A DNA stretch of 35,709 nucleotides from a virus, in IMG/VR virus record IMGVR_UViG_3300045988_067384, positions 1 through 35,709 of that record. One strand, 5' to 3'. The position numbers were made by a program, and so were the translations under genes. The notes beneath the pieces are model-generated. The model did not search any database and was not told the DNA's origin. It saw only the letters and a program-made list of their open reading frames with translations. This document shows, piece by piece, positions 1 to 7,131 of this stretch (position 1 is the stretch's first letter; each line of letters begins with the position of its first letter).

Positions 1-55
1 CCTTAACAACACTACATTTACCGGCGATTGTCCGTTTTATAAGAGTATTGATAAG
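1..55. repeat. Terminal direct repeat, left copy (identical to 35655-35709)
   Basis: Read directly: ccttaacaacactacatttaccggcgattgtccgttttataagagtattgataag occurs at both ends of the window. Confidence 0.95.
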
Positions 56-97
56 TTTTATTTAGACTTGGCTAAGTGTACCTTGTCTGGGGTGTAA
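2..97 (+). CDS. 3' part of a junction-spanning small Cys-rich protein (ATG at 35566; 61 aa once the circle is closed)
   Basis: The frame from 35566 continues through the repeat into 56-94 and stops at TAA 95-97. Product is MSKIPANKCLNDDDNHRRCFARDEAGKCTCLNNTTFTGDCPFYKSIDKFYLDLAKCTLSGV. Confidence 0.55.
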   Translation, partial: LNNTTFTGDCPFYKSIDKFYLDLAKCTLSGV

Positions 98-112
98 GGA
101 AGGAGCGGTAAC

Positions 113-361
113 ATGGATGATTTCATTTACAGTACCCTTGCAGTGATGAGCACAGTAATCCTTTTATTCTGTGTCTTCTTTTACGAGGTGGCAGACTTCT
201 GTCTGGGAAGACCGGGAAGGATATTATTTACAGCATTAGGCTTAATGCTTATGGCTCTTGCCATCCTTGGGATGGGTGCCAGGGAAAAGAGACTTGCAGT
301 AGCAAGAGAAAAGAGGAGGAACAGGAATGAACAAGGTCATATTGATAGGCAGGCTGTGTAG
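113..361 (+). CDS. Small membrane protein (two hydrophobic helices, basic tail)
   Basis: A GGAAGGAG SD lies upstream of the ATG. Hydrophobic segments are AVMSTVILLFCVFFY and FTALGLMLMALAILGM. It overlaps the ssb start by 35 nt. Confidence 0.5.
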   Translation: MDDFIYSTLAVMSTVILLFCVFFYEVADFCLGRPGRILFTALGLMLMALAILGMGAREKRLAVAREKRRNRNEQGHIDRQAV

Positions 362-773
362 GGATCCTGAGATCAGGTATTCTCAGCAGGGAGACGAACA
401 GATGGCAGTGGCAAGGTATACCCTTGCCGTAGACAGAAGGTATAAAAAAGACAATGAGCAGAGTGCGGATTTCATCAGTTGCGTAGCCTTTGGACGTTCA
501 GCAGAGTTCGCAGATAAGTACCTTAAGCAGGGCACGAAGATATGTGTCTGCGGAAGGATACAGACAGGAAGCTATACTAACAGGGATGGCAATAAGGTGT
601 ATACAACAGATGTTGTGGTAGAAGAGCAGGAATTTGCCGAGAGCAAGAACACGGCAGGAAATGACGGCAGCAGTTCAAGGCAGCAGGCTCCTTCACCTGC
701 TCCGGATCCAAGAGAAGCTTCCGGCTTCATGAGTATTCCAGAGGGGATAGAAGATGATCTACCCTTCAAGTAG
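327..773 (+). CDS. ssb: Single-stranded DNA-binding protein
   Basis: N-terminal OB fold begins MNKVILIGRL..DPE.RY. The Gly/Ser/Pro-rich linker and acidic C-terminal tip DDLPFK are typical of bacterial and phage SSB. An AGGAGG SD is present. Confidence 0.95.
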   Translation: MNKVILIGRLCRDPEIRYSQQGDEQMAVARYTLAVDRRYKKDNEQSADFISCVAFGRSAEFADKYLKQGTKICVCGRIQTGSYTNRDGNKVYTTDVVVEEQEFAESKNTAGNDGSSSRQQAPSPAPDPREASGFMSIPEGIEDDLPFK

Positions 774-789
774 AGGAGATGAGGATGAT

Positions 790-1185
790 ATGGGCAAGAA
801 CAAGGTAAGCAAGTACAGTAGCCGGAAGGTTGAGGTTGACGGCATTGTGTTCGACAGCAAGAAGGAAGCACAAAGATACAGCCAGTTGAAAGCCCTTGAA
901 GCTTCCGGAGCAATTAGCGACCTGCAACGGCAGCGTAAGTATATCCTTATCCCAACACAGAGAGCGTTGACCAATGAAATCTATGAAAGAGGACCGCACA
1001 AAGGATCATTCAAGAAAGGGAGAATCCTCGAAAAGGAATGTTCATATCTTGCGGATTTTGTATACATAGACAACGAAAAGGGTGAACTGGTGGTTGAAGA
1101 TACGAAAGGCTTTAGAACCAGAGACTATATCATAAAAAGAAAGCTTATGTTGTATACATACGGCATAAGGATAAGAGAGGTGTAA
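790..1185 (+). CDS. DUF1064-family PD-(D/E)xK-like nuclease (putative resolvase)
   Basis: Shows KYSSRKVEVDGIVFDSKKEAQRYSQLKALE...ADFVYID...VVEDTKG, the pattern typical of the phage DUF1064 family. I chose the ATG at 790 (GGAGATGAGG SD) over the track start at 754. Confidence 0.7.
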   Translation: MGKNKVSKYSSRKVEVDGIVFDSKKEAQRYSQLKALEASGAISDLQRQRKYILIPTQRALTNEIYERGPHKGSFKKGRILEKECSYLADFVYIDNEKGELVVEDTKGFRTRDYIIKRKLMLYTYGIRIREV

Positions 1186-1188
1186 GCT

Positions 1189-2133
1189 ATGGCAGAAAAA
1201 AGAATGTTCTCGTTACAGGTTATAGGCTGTGATGATTTTAAGGAAATGCCCTTATCTGCCCAGGCATTGTATTTTCATCTGGGCATGAACGCAGATGATG
1301 AGGGCTTCCTTAACAATGCTAAGAGCGTGAAGAGGTCTATTCTTGCGTCTGATGATGACATGAAACTGTTGATTGCCAAGGGCTTCATCATACAATTTGA
1401 GTCAGGAGTGGTTGCAATTCGTCACTGGAAAGTTAATAACCAGATACAGACAAGCAGGATCAAGCCGTCACAGTGTATTGAAGAAAAGAGACTGCTTGAG
1501 GTGAAAGAGGATAAGACGTATGATTTCAGCTCCGGGCTTAATTCTGATGATGATACATGCATTGATGATACTTCCGCAGGGCAGCAGGATACGGATATAT
1601 CCAGCCATGACACAAAGTGTGATAGTTCTGATAACATTTGTCAGCAGAATGATAACACTTGCTGTCAAAATGTCAGCAAGTGTGAACAAAATGAAAGCAA
1701 ATGTTGGAATAGTATAGATAAGATTAGATTAGATAAGGATAGTATAGATAAGTGTAGTATAGATAATATAGCCGCTTCTTCCGGCAAGAGTGCCGGCAGC
1801 AGAGCGGCAAAGGCTCCCAAGAAGAAGTATGGGGAGTATAAGCATGTACTCTTAACTGCTGCCGAATATGAGAAGCTTACTGCCGATTATGGCGAGGATA
1901 TCAGGGATAAGGCAATAAAATACCTGGATGAATACATAGCGGAGAAAGCATATAAATCTAAATCGCATTATCTTGCAATCAAAAGATGGGTGATTGATGC
2001 AGTAACTAACCAGGAATCAAGGCAGTACCGATCTGGAACCAATGGAACAGCATATGATCCGGGCAGGAACCGGGTGGCTGAGCAGCTTGACCGCTCATAC
2101 GAGATGATGGCGAACTGGGCTTCGTCTGGGTAA
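1189..2133 (+). CDS. Phage replisome organizer (SPP1 G38P / DnaD-like)
   Basis: N-terminus is MFSLQVIGCDDFKEMPLSAQALYFHLGMNADDEGF, as in the replisome organizer N-domain. C-terminus is YGEYKHVLLTAAEYEKL...HYLAIKRWV, DnaD-C-like. The middle is a low-complexity D/C/S-rich linker. Confidence 0.8.
   Translation: MAEKRMFSLQVIGCDDFKEMPLSAQALYFHLGMNADDEGFLNNAKSVKRSILASDDDMKLLIAKGFIIQFESGVVAIRHWKVNNQIQTSRIKPSQCIEEKRLLEVKEDKTYDFSSGLNSDDDTCIDDTSAGQQDTDISSHDTKCDSSDNICQQNDNTCCQNVSKCEQNESKCWNSIDKIRLDKDSIDKCSIDNIAASSGKSAGSRAAKAPKKKYGEYKHVLLTAAEYEKLTADYGEDIRDKAIKYLDEYIAEKAYKSKSHYLAIKRWVIDAVTNQESRQYRSGTNGTAYDPGRNRVAEQLDRSYEMMANWASSG
1540..1770. repeat. Iteron-like repeat cluster inside the organizer gene (candidate origin of replication)
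   Basis: AGTATAGATAA occurs three times (1711, 1741, 1756) with TAGATTAGATAAG between copies. Upstream there are repeated CAAAATG and TGTCAGCA motifs and an imperfect inverted repeat, acatttgtcagca...tgctgtcaaaatgt. Confidence 0.4.
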
Positions 2134-2181
2134 CGAGGAAGCCGCAGGTAAATTGGTTAATGATTGCAAGGAGGATAGGAC

Positions 2182-2556
2182 ATGGAGTTAAAGAGAGGCA
2201 TGAAAACAAGAGAAATGCAACTAGGCAGCAGGAGAAAGAAGCTGCATGACATAGCAGGTTATTATGGATCCACAGCTCAGAGCAGACAGTGCATAGAGGA
2301 ATGTGCGGAGCTCATACAGGCCATTAACAAATGGGACAGAGCACAGAGCTCAGGAGACCCGGAGAAAGTAAAAAAAGCTGTGGGCAGTATAGTCGAGGAG
2401 ATTGCAGACGTTAGGATCATGCTTGACCAGTTGATCTATCTCTATGGCTGCAGTGAAGAAGTTGACAAGATGATAGACGGAAAGATCAACCGCCAGATAG
2501 TCAGGATTGGCATGGAGATAGCTGGGGGAAAGGAGCCGGAACAGTGTGGAGAATGA
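2182..2556 (+). CDS. MazG-like nucleotide pyrophosphohydrolase family protein
   Basis: Small all-helical protein with paired acidic motifs, IEECAELIQAI and IVEEIADVRIML, and a GKINRQ tail as in MazG-like phage proteins. AAGGAGGA SD. Confidence 0.55.
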   Translation: MELKRGMKTREMQLGSRRKKLHDIAGYYGSTAQSRQCIEECAELIQAINKWDRAQSSGDPEKVKKAVGSIVEEIADVRIMLDQLIYLYGCSEEVDKMIDGKINRQIVRIGMEIAGGKEPEQCGE

Positions 2557-3220
2557 AAACGAGAAGTGGATCGTTGACACCATAGTACATATGTCTGGCA
2601 AATATACACCCTATCAGATATTTACGGATTGGATAACAATGACAGCCATATCTATCAGCAATGCGTGTAGGATGATGCACGATAAGGTTTATTACGAGAG
2701 AGAAAAACGGTTTAAAGATATAGCAAACAAATATAGCAAAGAGGAGTTTCTTAATATCAGCAACATGACCGGAGCGTTGTGTGGTGTTTTGGAAGAACAG
2801 GGCGGAGATGTATTAGGTGATATATACATGAAGTCAGGCTGCGGCAACAAGGTCACTGGTCAGTTTTTTACACCCTTTAACATATCATATCTTACTGCTG
2901 CCACAGTGTATGATTCTCAATTTAATCATTTATCAGAAAATGAGGTGATTGAAATTCATGAGCCATCTGCAGGTGCTGGCGGGATGATTATTGCTGTTGC
3001 CCAGATTATGAAGGAGCGAGGACTTGACTATCAAAGGCAGCTTCGTGTGGTTGCACAGGATCTTGATTGGAATGGAGTATACATGACATATGTGCAGTTG
3101 TCGCTAATGGGTATTAAAGCCGTTGTGGTCCAGGGAGACACGCTGTGTGATCCGTACCACAGTGGATATGACGAGATGAGGGTGCTCAGAACACCGGCGG
3201 AAATGGGTATGTTGTTGTAA
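2546..3220 (+). CDS. N6-adenine DNA methyltransferase, N-terminal (AdoMet-binding) half only
   Basis: Carries motif X (GQFFTP), motif I (EPSAGAGG), motif II (VAQDLD) and motif III (VVQGDTL). The ORF stops 24 aa after motif III with no (D/N)PP(Y/F) motif. GTG start. Confidence 0.7.
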   Translation: MENENEKWIVDTIVHMSGKYTPYQIFTDWITMTAISISNACRMMHDKVYYEREKRFKDIANKYSKEEFLNISNMTGALCGVLEEQGGDVLGDIYMKSGCGNKVTGQFFTPFNISYLTAATVYDSQFNHLSENEVIEIHEPSAGAGGMIIAVAQIMKERGLDYQRQLRVVAQDLDWNGVYMTYVQLSLMGIKAVVVQGDTLCDPYHSGYDEMRVLRTPAEMGMLL

Positions 3221-3268
3221 AAAATATCTGAGCGGTAGGCAACTTAAACACATAGGAGGTATCCATAA

Positions 3269-4213
3269 ATGGCAATGAGTATAGAAGAGCAGAGAGAGGA
3301 ACTTTTCTGCGACTATTTTGAGAGATGGATAAAAGATTACAAGGAAGGAGTGGTAAGGCATGTGACATTGATCAAGTATCATATGGCAGCTAAGAGATTG
3401 AGAGAAATAGCCCCAAATCTTAGGATGAAAGATCTTACAAGAAACTCATATCAAAATATATTAAATGAGTATGCATTAACACATGAAAAAACTACCACGT
3501 CAGACTTCCACCATCAACTCAGAGCGTCCCTGGTAGACGCATTTGACGATGGAGTCCTGGAAAGGGATATATCACACCGGGCGGTGATCAAGGGGAAGCT
3601 TCCAACGATCAATAAGTGCGTTAAGTATATTGGCAAGAAAGATCTCGAAAAACTACTTGAGGTGTTGGAGCTTGGATCAGAAATAAACTGGGATTGGTTC
3701 ATTATGCTTGTGGCTAAGACAGGATTGAGATTTGAAGAGGCACTGGCACTTACTCCGGAAGACTTTGATTTTAACAATCTGAGATTGCATATAAACAAGG
3801 CGTTTGATTACAAGCTGACGAATACTTTTTGCAAGACCAAGAACGAGTCATCTGTGCGTACTATTCTTCTTGACTTTAGAACAGCAATGCAGTTTGAAAA
3901 TCTGATAAAAGGCATGAATGTGAAAGAAAGAATATTCAAGCTTGGAAAGGGAGAGAAGATATATAGCTCAACGGCAAATGATAGGTTGCGGAAGCTGTGC
4001 CTTAAAGCAGGTATACCGGTTATAACCATCCATGGCTTGAGGCATACACATGCGTCTGTGCTTATGTATGAGGGAGTGACTCTTTCAACCATATCCAGGA
4101 GATTAGGGCACTCAAGCATGGCCACCACGCAAAACGTATACCTTCACATGATAAGGGAGCTTGAATGTAAGGACGAAAGTAAGATCATGGCGTCAATGAT
4201 GGAACTAAGATAA
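3269..4213 (+). CDS. Tyrosine recombinase (second integrase-family gene; no arm-binding N-domain)
   Basis: Catalytic signature is intact: TGLRFEE (Arg), HGLRHTHAS (HxxR), LGHSS (His), NVYLHM (Tyr). 314 aa with an AGGAGGT SD. Confidence 0.9.
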   Translation: MAMSIEEQREELFCDYFERWIKDYKEGVVRHVTLIKYHMAAKRLREIAPNLRMKDLTRNSYQNILNEYALTHEKTTTSDFHHQLRASLVDAFDDGVLERDISHRAVIKGKLPTINKCVKYIGKKDLEKLLEVLELGSEINWDWFIMLVAKTGLRFEEALALTPEDFDFNNLRLHINKAFDYKLTNTFCKTKNESSVRTILLDFRTAMQFENLIKGMNVKERIFKLGKGEKIYSSTANDRLRKLCLKAGIPVITIHGLRHTHASVLMYEGVTLSTISRRLGHSSMATTQNVYLHMIRELECKDESKIMASMMELR

Positions 4214-4242
4214 ATAGTGAAAGAAAGAGATGGGTGATATGA

Positions 4243-4518
4243 ATGAAAAAAATTCCGAAGGTCATAGTAGATAAGATACAGCGGAGGAATGAATTGGATA
4301 AAGAAATTCATGAATGGCTTAAAGAGAATGTTGATTTGGAAGGAATGGATACAAGAAATGCGGACATTGTAGATGATGTATCAGGTGATAAACAGGGCAC
4401 CGAAGAATGTGAAGAATGGTGTGACCAAAGATGTCTAGGTGAAGATTGGTATATGGGAGACTACTACTGGGAGACAGAATATCCGGGAAAGTACCTTCAT
4501 ATGGAGTTTGGTATATAG
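4243..4518 (+). CDS. Hypothetical acidic protein
   Basis: 91-aa ORF with an SD, on the same strand as its neighbours. No motif recognised. Confidence 0.45.
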   Translation: MKKIPKVIVDKIQRRNELDKEIHEWLKENVDLEGMDTRNADIVDDVSGDKQGTEECEEWCDQRCLGEDWYMGDYYWETEYPGKYLHMEFGI

Positions 4519-4529
4519 GTGGTGATGGT

Positions 4530-4754
4530 ATGAAAATATACGAATATAAAGGTAAGCATTACTGTGAAGAAGACCTTTCGCTTACGGATGATGATTATGC
4601 TGGAGACTTGTATGACTTGTATTGGGAACTAAAGGAAGATGGAAAGGCAAATGAAAGCACTTCTTACTATGCCGGGGGAAATGCATACTGCGAAGCAGAG
4701 GAACTGGTGGAAGAAGAATTTGCTGATTTAGTAATAGGTGAGGTGATTACATGA
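4530..4754 (+). CDS. Hypothetical acidic protein
   Basis: Start moved to the ATG at 4530 (GGTGGTGATGG SD). Product begins MKIYEYKGKHYCEEDL. No motif recognised. Confidence 0.45.
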   Translation: MKIYEYKGKHYCEEDLSLTDDDYAGDLYDLYWELKEDGKANESTSYYAGGNAYCEAEELVEEEFADLVIGEVIT

Positions 4755-5278
4755 ACAGAGAGGAATTTGCAACATTTGCAATGGCATTAAAGACATACTA
4801 TCCCAGGGAAAATCTGCTGCCAAACAACCAGGCTATGGAGCTGTGGTATAAGCAGCTACAGGATATTCCGTATGATGTTGCTGAGGCGGCTCTGAACAAG
4901 TGGGTAGCAACCAACAAATGGTCACCATCAATAGCGGACATCCGGGAAGCATATGTATCCGTGGCAGCAGGTGACTACCCCCTTGCAGGGGAGGAGTGGG
5001 ATAAGGTAATGCAGGCTATATGCAAGTATGGATCATACAACCCGGTAGAAGCCTTAGCAAGTCTTAATCCCATCACAGCCAACACGGTTAGACAGATAGG
5101 CGGCTTCCGGCAACTATGCTTTTCCGAGAACATAGTTGCAGACCGGGCGAACTTCTATAGAGTGTATGACAGGAATGTGGAACGAGCACGGCAGCAGGCG
5201 TTAATATCGCCACAGCTTAAAATCACAATAGCCGGCATAGCACAGAGGCAGCAGGCATTATTAAGCAAAGAAAAATAA
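4751..5278 (+). CDS. Replicative helicase loader/inhibitor (SPP1 G39P-like)
   Basis: N-terminus is EEFATFAMALKTYYPRENLLPNNQAMELWYKQLQDIPYDVAEAALNKWVATNKWSPSIADIRE, which matches my memory of the G39P-like family. Confidence 0.6.
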   Translation: MNREEFATFAMALKTYYPRENLLPNNQAMELWYKQLQDIPYDVAEAALNKWVATNKWSPSIADIREAYVSVAAGDYPLAGEEWDKVMQAICKYGSYNPVEALASLNPITANTVRQIGGFRQLCFSENIVADRANFYRVYDRNVERARQQALISPQLKITIAGIAQRQQALLSKEK

Positions 5279-5283
5279 CATAA

Positions 5284-5850
5284 ATGAAAGGAGCCGAACC
5301 TCCGGCCGGGGTGACGATATATCGGGTTCCTTTTGAAAATATGGAATTAAAAGAACTTACAGAAAAGACACTTGATTTATTAAAAATCAAAAATACAGAT
5401 GAGATATCGAACCGTTTATTTGATGTTGCAACAAATAACGATGTTCGTGTATATGAACAATTTTGTACGTTGATTAAGAATGACTTATCGGTTGATTGGC
5501 TGCAAATGATCTTTCAGTATTATCAAGCAGATAGGAAAGAGAAGATGCAGGACTACACACCGAAAAGCCTCTCGATATTTGTTGGGCGGCTGGTCGGAAA
5601 ATCAGATGTGATAATTGATATGTGTGCTGGGAGTGGTGCGTTGACCATTCAAAAATGGAACATGATGCCAGAACAGAAATTTGAATTATATGAGTTTGAC
5701 GAAAATGTGCTTCCGTTTCTACTGTTCAACATGGCAGTAAGAAATATTCAATGCACTGTATATCATGCGGACGTATTGCAAGGCGAGATTTTCCACACAT
5801 ATACAGTCTCAAAAGGGGACAAGTACGGAAAAGTGAAGGAGGTAGAATAA
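5284..5850 (+). CDS. Split N6-adenine DNA methyltransferase, AdoMet-binding subunit (motifs X, I, II, III)
   Basis: Has DYTPKSL (motif X), IIDMCAGSGALT (I), LYEFDENV (II) and VYHADVL (III). It stops 23 aa after motif III. The exact start is uncertain. Confidence 0.75.
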   Translation: MKGAEPPAGVTIYRVPFENMELKELTEKTLDLLKIKNTDEISNRLFDVATNNDVRVYEQFCTLIKNDLSVDWLQMIFQYYQADRKEKMQDYTPKSLSIFVGRLVGKSDVIIDMCAGSGALTIQKWNMMPEQKFELYEFDENVLPFLLFNMAVRNIQCTVYHADVLQGEIFHTYTVSKGDKYGKVKEVE

Positions 5851-6875
5851 TGAGTATATCATTAATATCGAACCCACCATATAACATGAGGTGGAAATTG
5901 CCACCATTTGCACAACTTCAATCACGATTTAATGACTGTGAACTTCCACCAGAAAAAAATGCGAATTTTGCTTTTGTTTTAACCGCACTGGACAAGGTGG
6001 ATGCGAAAGGCGTTTTCATACTGCCGTGCAGTGTATTGAGTGATGGATTGAAGCAGGAAGAAGAAATCAGAAAGTATCTGATTGAAAAAAACTTAATAGA
6101 AGCAGTCATAACATGTCCAAACAATATGTTTGAAAGTACAGGAATTGCAGTTTGCATCATTGTTTTCAACAAGCATAAGAGTACCACGCAAATAGAGCTT
6201 GTTGACATGAAAAATACATATGAAGTGGTGGAACGTGAACAGAGAGGACAGTATGGAAGTGCAAGCCATACAAACAGAGTATATAAGAAAGCAATGAAGG
6301 TCTTTTCTGATGAACAAATGGAACGTGCTATAAAAGCGATTGAAGAACACACGACAGAGAAAGAGTTCTCTGTGAGTATATCACCAGAGGATATCAAGGA
6401 AAAAGGATATAATCTTTTGCCTTCTAAATATTTTGAAATTGATTTTGAACCACAGCCGCATAGGGAATACAAGGAAATCATAGCAGAGCTTAACCATGTG
6501 ATCGAAGAAAAAAACGGCTTGAAGCTGACGATGAATGAGAGTCTTGCGAAAGCAATAGGGCTGTACGAGATTTTCCAGACATTTAAGGTATCAGAAGAAA
6601 ATAACAAAGCGATGAATGAGACGCTGGGGTTCACAGGAGAAAAAATCATTTCAGAAAATTTCATTGCAATATCGAAAAAAGGCGGAGAATTAAAGTTCGA
6701 AAATGGGAGAAAGGACAGTGTATCAACAATTCTTATGTCAATTTTGCAGATGTGGAAGCAACACATCATGTATCTGAACATGGAGGAAAACAGATTTTTG
6801 GTAGAATTACGGGATGCGTTATTATCGGATTTAATGAGTGGAAAGATTGATATAGGTGGCGAGAATGAAGAATAG
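5850..6875 (+). CDS. Split N6-adenine DNA methyltransferase, catalytic subunit (motifs IV-VIII plus C-terminal region)
   Basis: Begins MSISLISNPPYNMRW, so the NPPY motif IV lies at residues 8-11. Also has NANFAFVLTAL and FESTGIAVCIIVFNK. The ATG overlaps the upstream stop (TAATG) and is preceded by GAAGGAGGT. Confidence 0.85.
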   Translation: MSISLISNPPYNMRWKLPPFAQLQSRFNDCELPPEKNANFAFVLTALDKVDAKGVFILPCSVLSDGLKQEEEIRKYLIEKNLIEAVITCPNNMFESTGIAVCIIVFNKHKSTTQIELVDMKNTYEVVEREQRGQYGSASHTNRVYKKAMKVFSDEQMERAIKAIEEHTTEKEFSVSISPEDIKEKGYNLLPSKYFEIDFEPQPHREYKEIIAELNHVIEEKNGLKLTMNESLAKAIGLYEIFQTFKVSEENNKAMNETLGFTGEKIISENFIAISKKGGELKFENGRKDSVSTILMSILQMWKQHIMYLNMEENRFLVELRDALLSDLMSGKIDIGGENEE

Positions 6876-7131
6876 CGAATTAAAAGAATATTTAAGTAGC
6901 TTTCCAGATGATGCACCATTAAGTATTATCTGTGTGAATCAGAGAGAAAGAAAACTATATGAGCTGAAAGAGGTATTGTTTATAACAGGCCAAAGACAAC
7001 CAGTGGTTTTGACTGACATTGGTAAAGAATCGGACATGGACGAAGAGATGAAGAAAGCGTGCGAAGAATGCGAATCTGATGATTTAACCGGGCAAATGGA
7101 GATCGAAGACTTCCCGGAGGTACTGCCATGA
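6865..7131 (+). CDS. Hypothetical small acidic protein
   Basis: ORF with an AGGTGG SD. Its stop overlaps the C5-MTase start (ATGA). No motif recognised. Confidence 0.45.
   Translation: MKNSELKEYLSSFPDDAPLSIICVNQRERKLYELKEVLFITGQRQPVVLTDIGKESDMDEEMKKACEECESDDLTGQMEIEDFPEVLP

Noticed and set aside
3254-3283. Shared AGGAGGTA ... ATGAGTATA strings at the junctions that follow both half-MTase ORFs (3254-3283 and 5838-5858), a possible recombination site
   Set aside because: One element is just a Shine-Dalgarno sequence and the other is only 9 nt. That is too short to distinguish from chance without a statistical repeat search. I mention it only as a lead.
5751-5849. N-terminal extension of the catalytic MTase ORF as listed in the track (MHCISCGRIARRDF...)
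   Set aside because: This stretch overlaps the end of the upstream half-MTase in another frame and has no SD. The ATG at 5850 has a perfect GAAGGAGGT SD and a TAATG overlap.
5918-6919. 333-aa minus-strand ORF, the longest unexplained ORF in the track
   Set aside because: It is entirely antisense to the catalytic half of the N6-MTase, which has unmistakable motifs (NPPY and others). Its translation is low-complexity and S/F/I-rich with no SD. It looks like a shadow ORF created by codon bias on the opposite strand.
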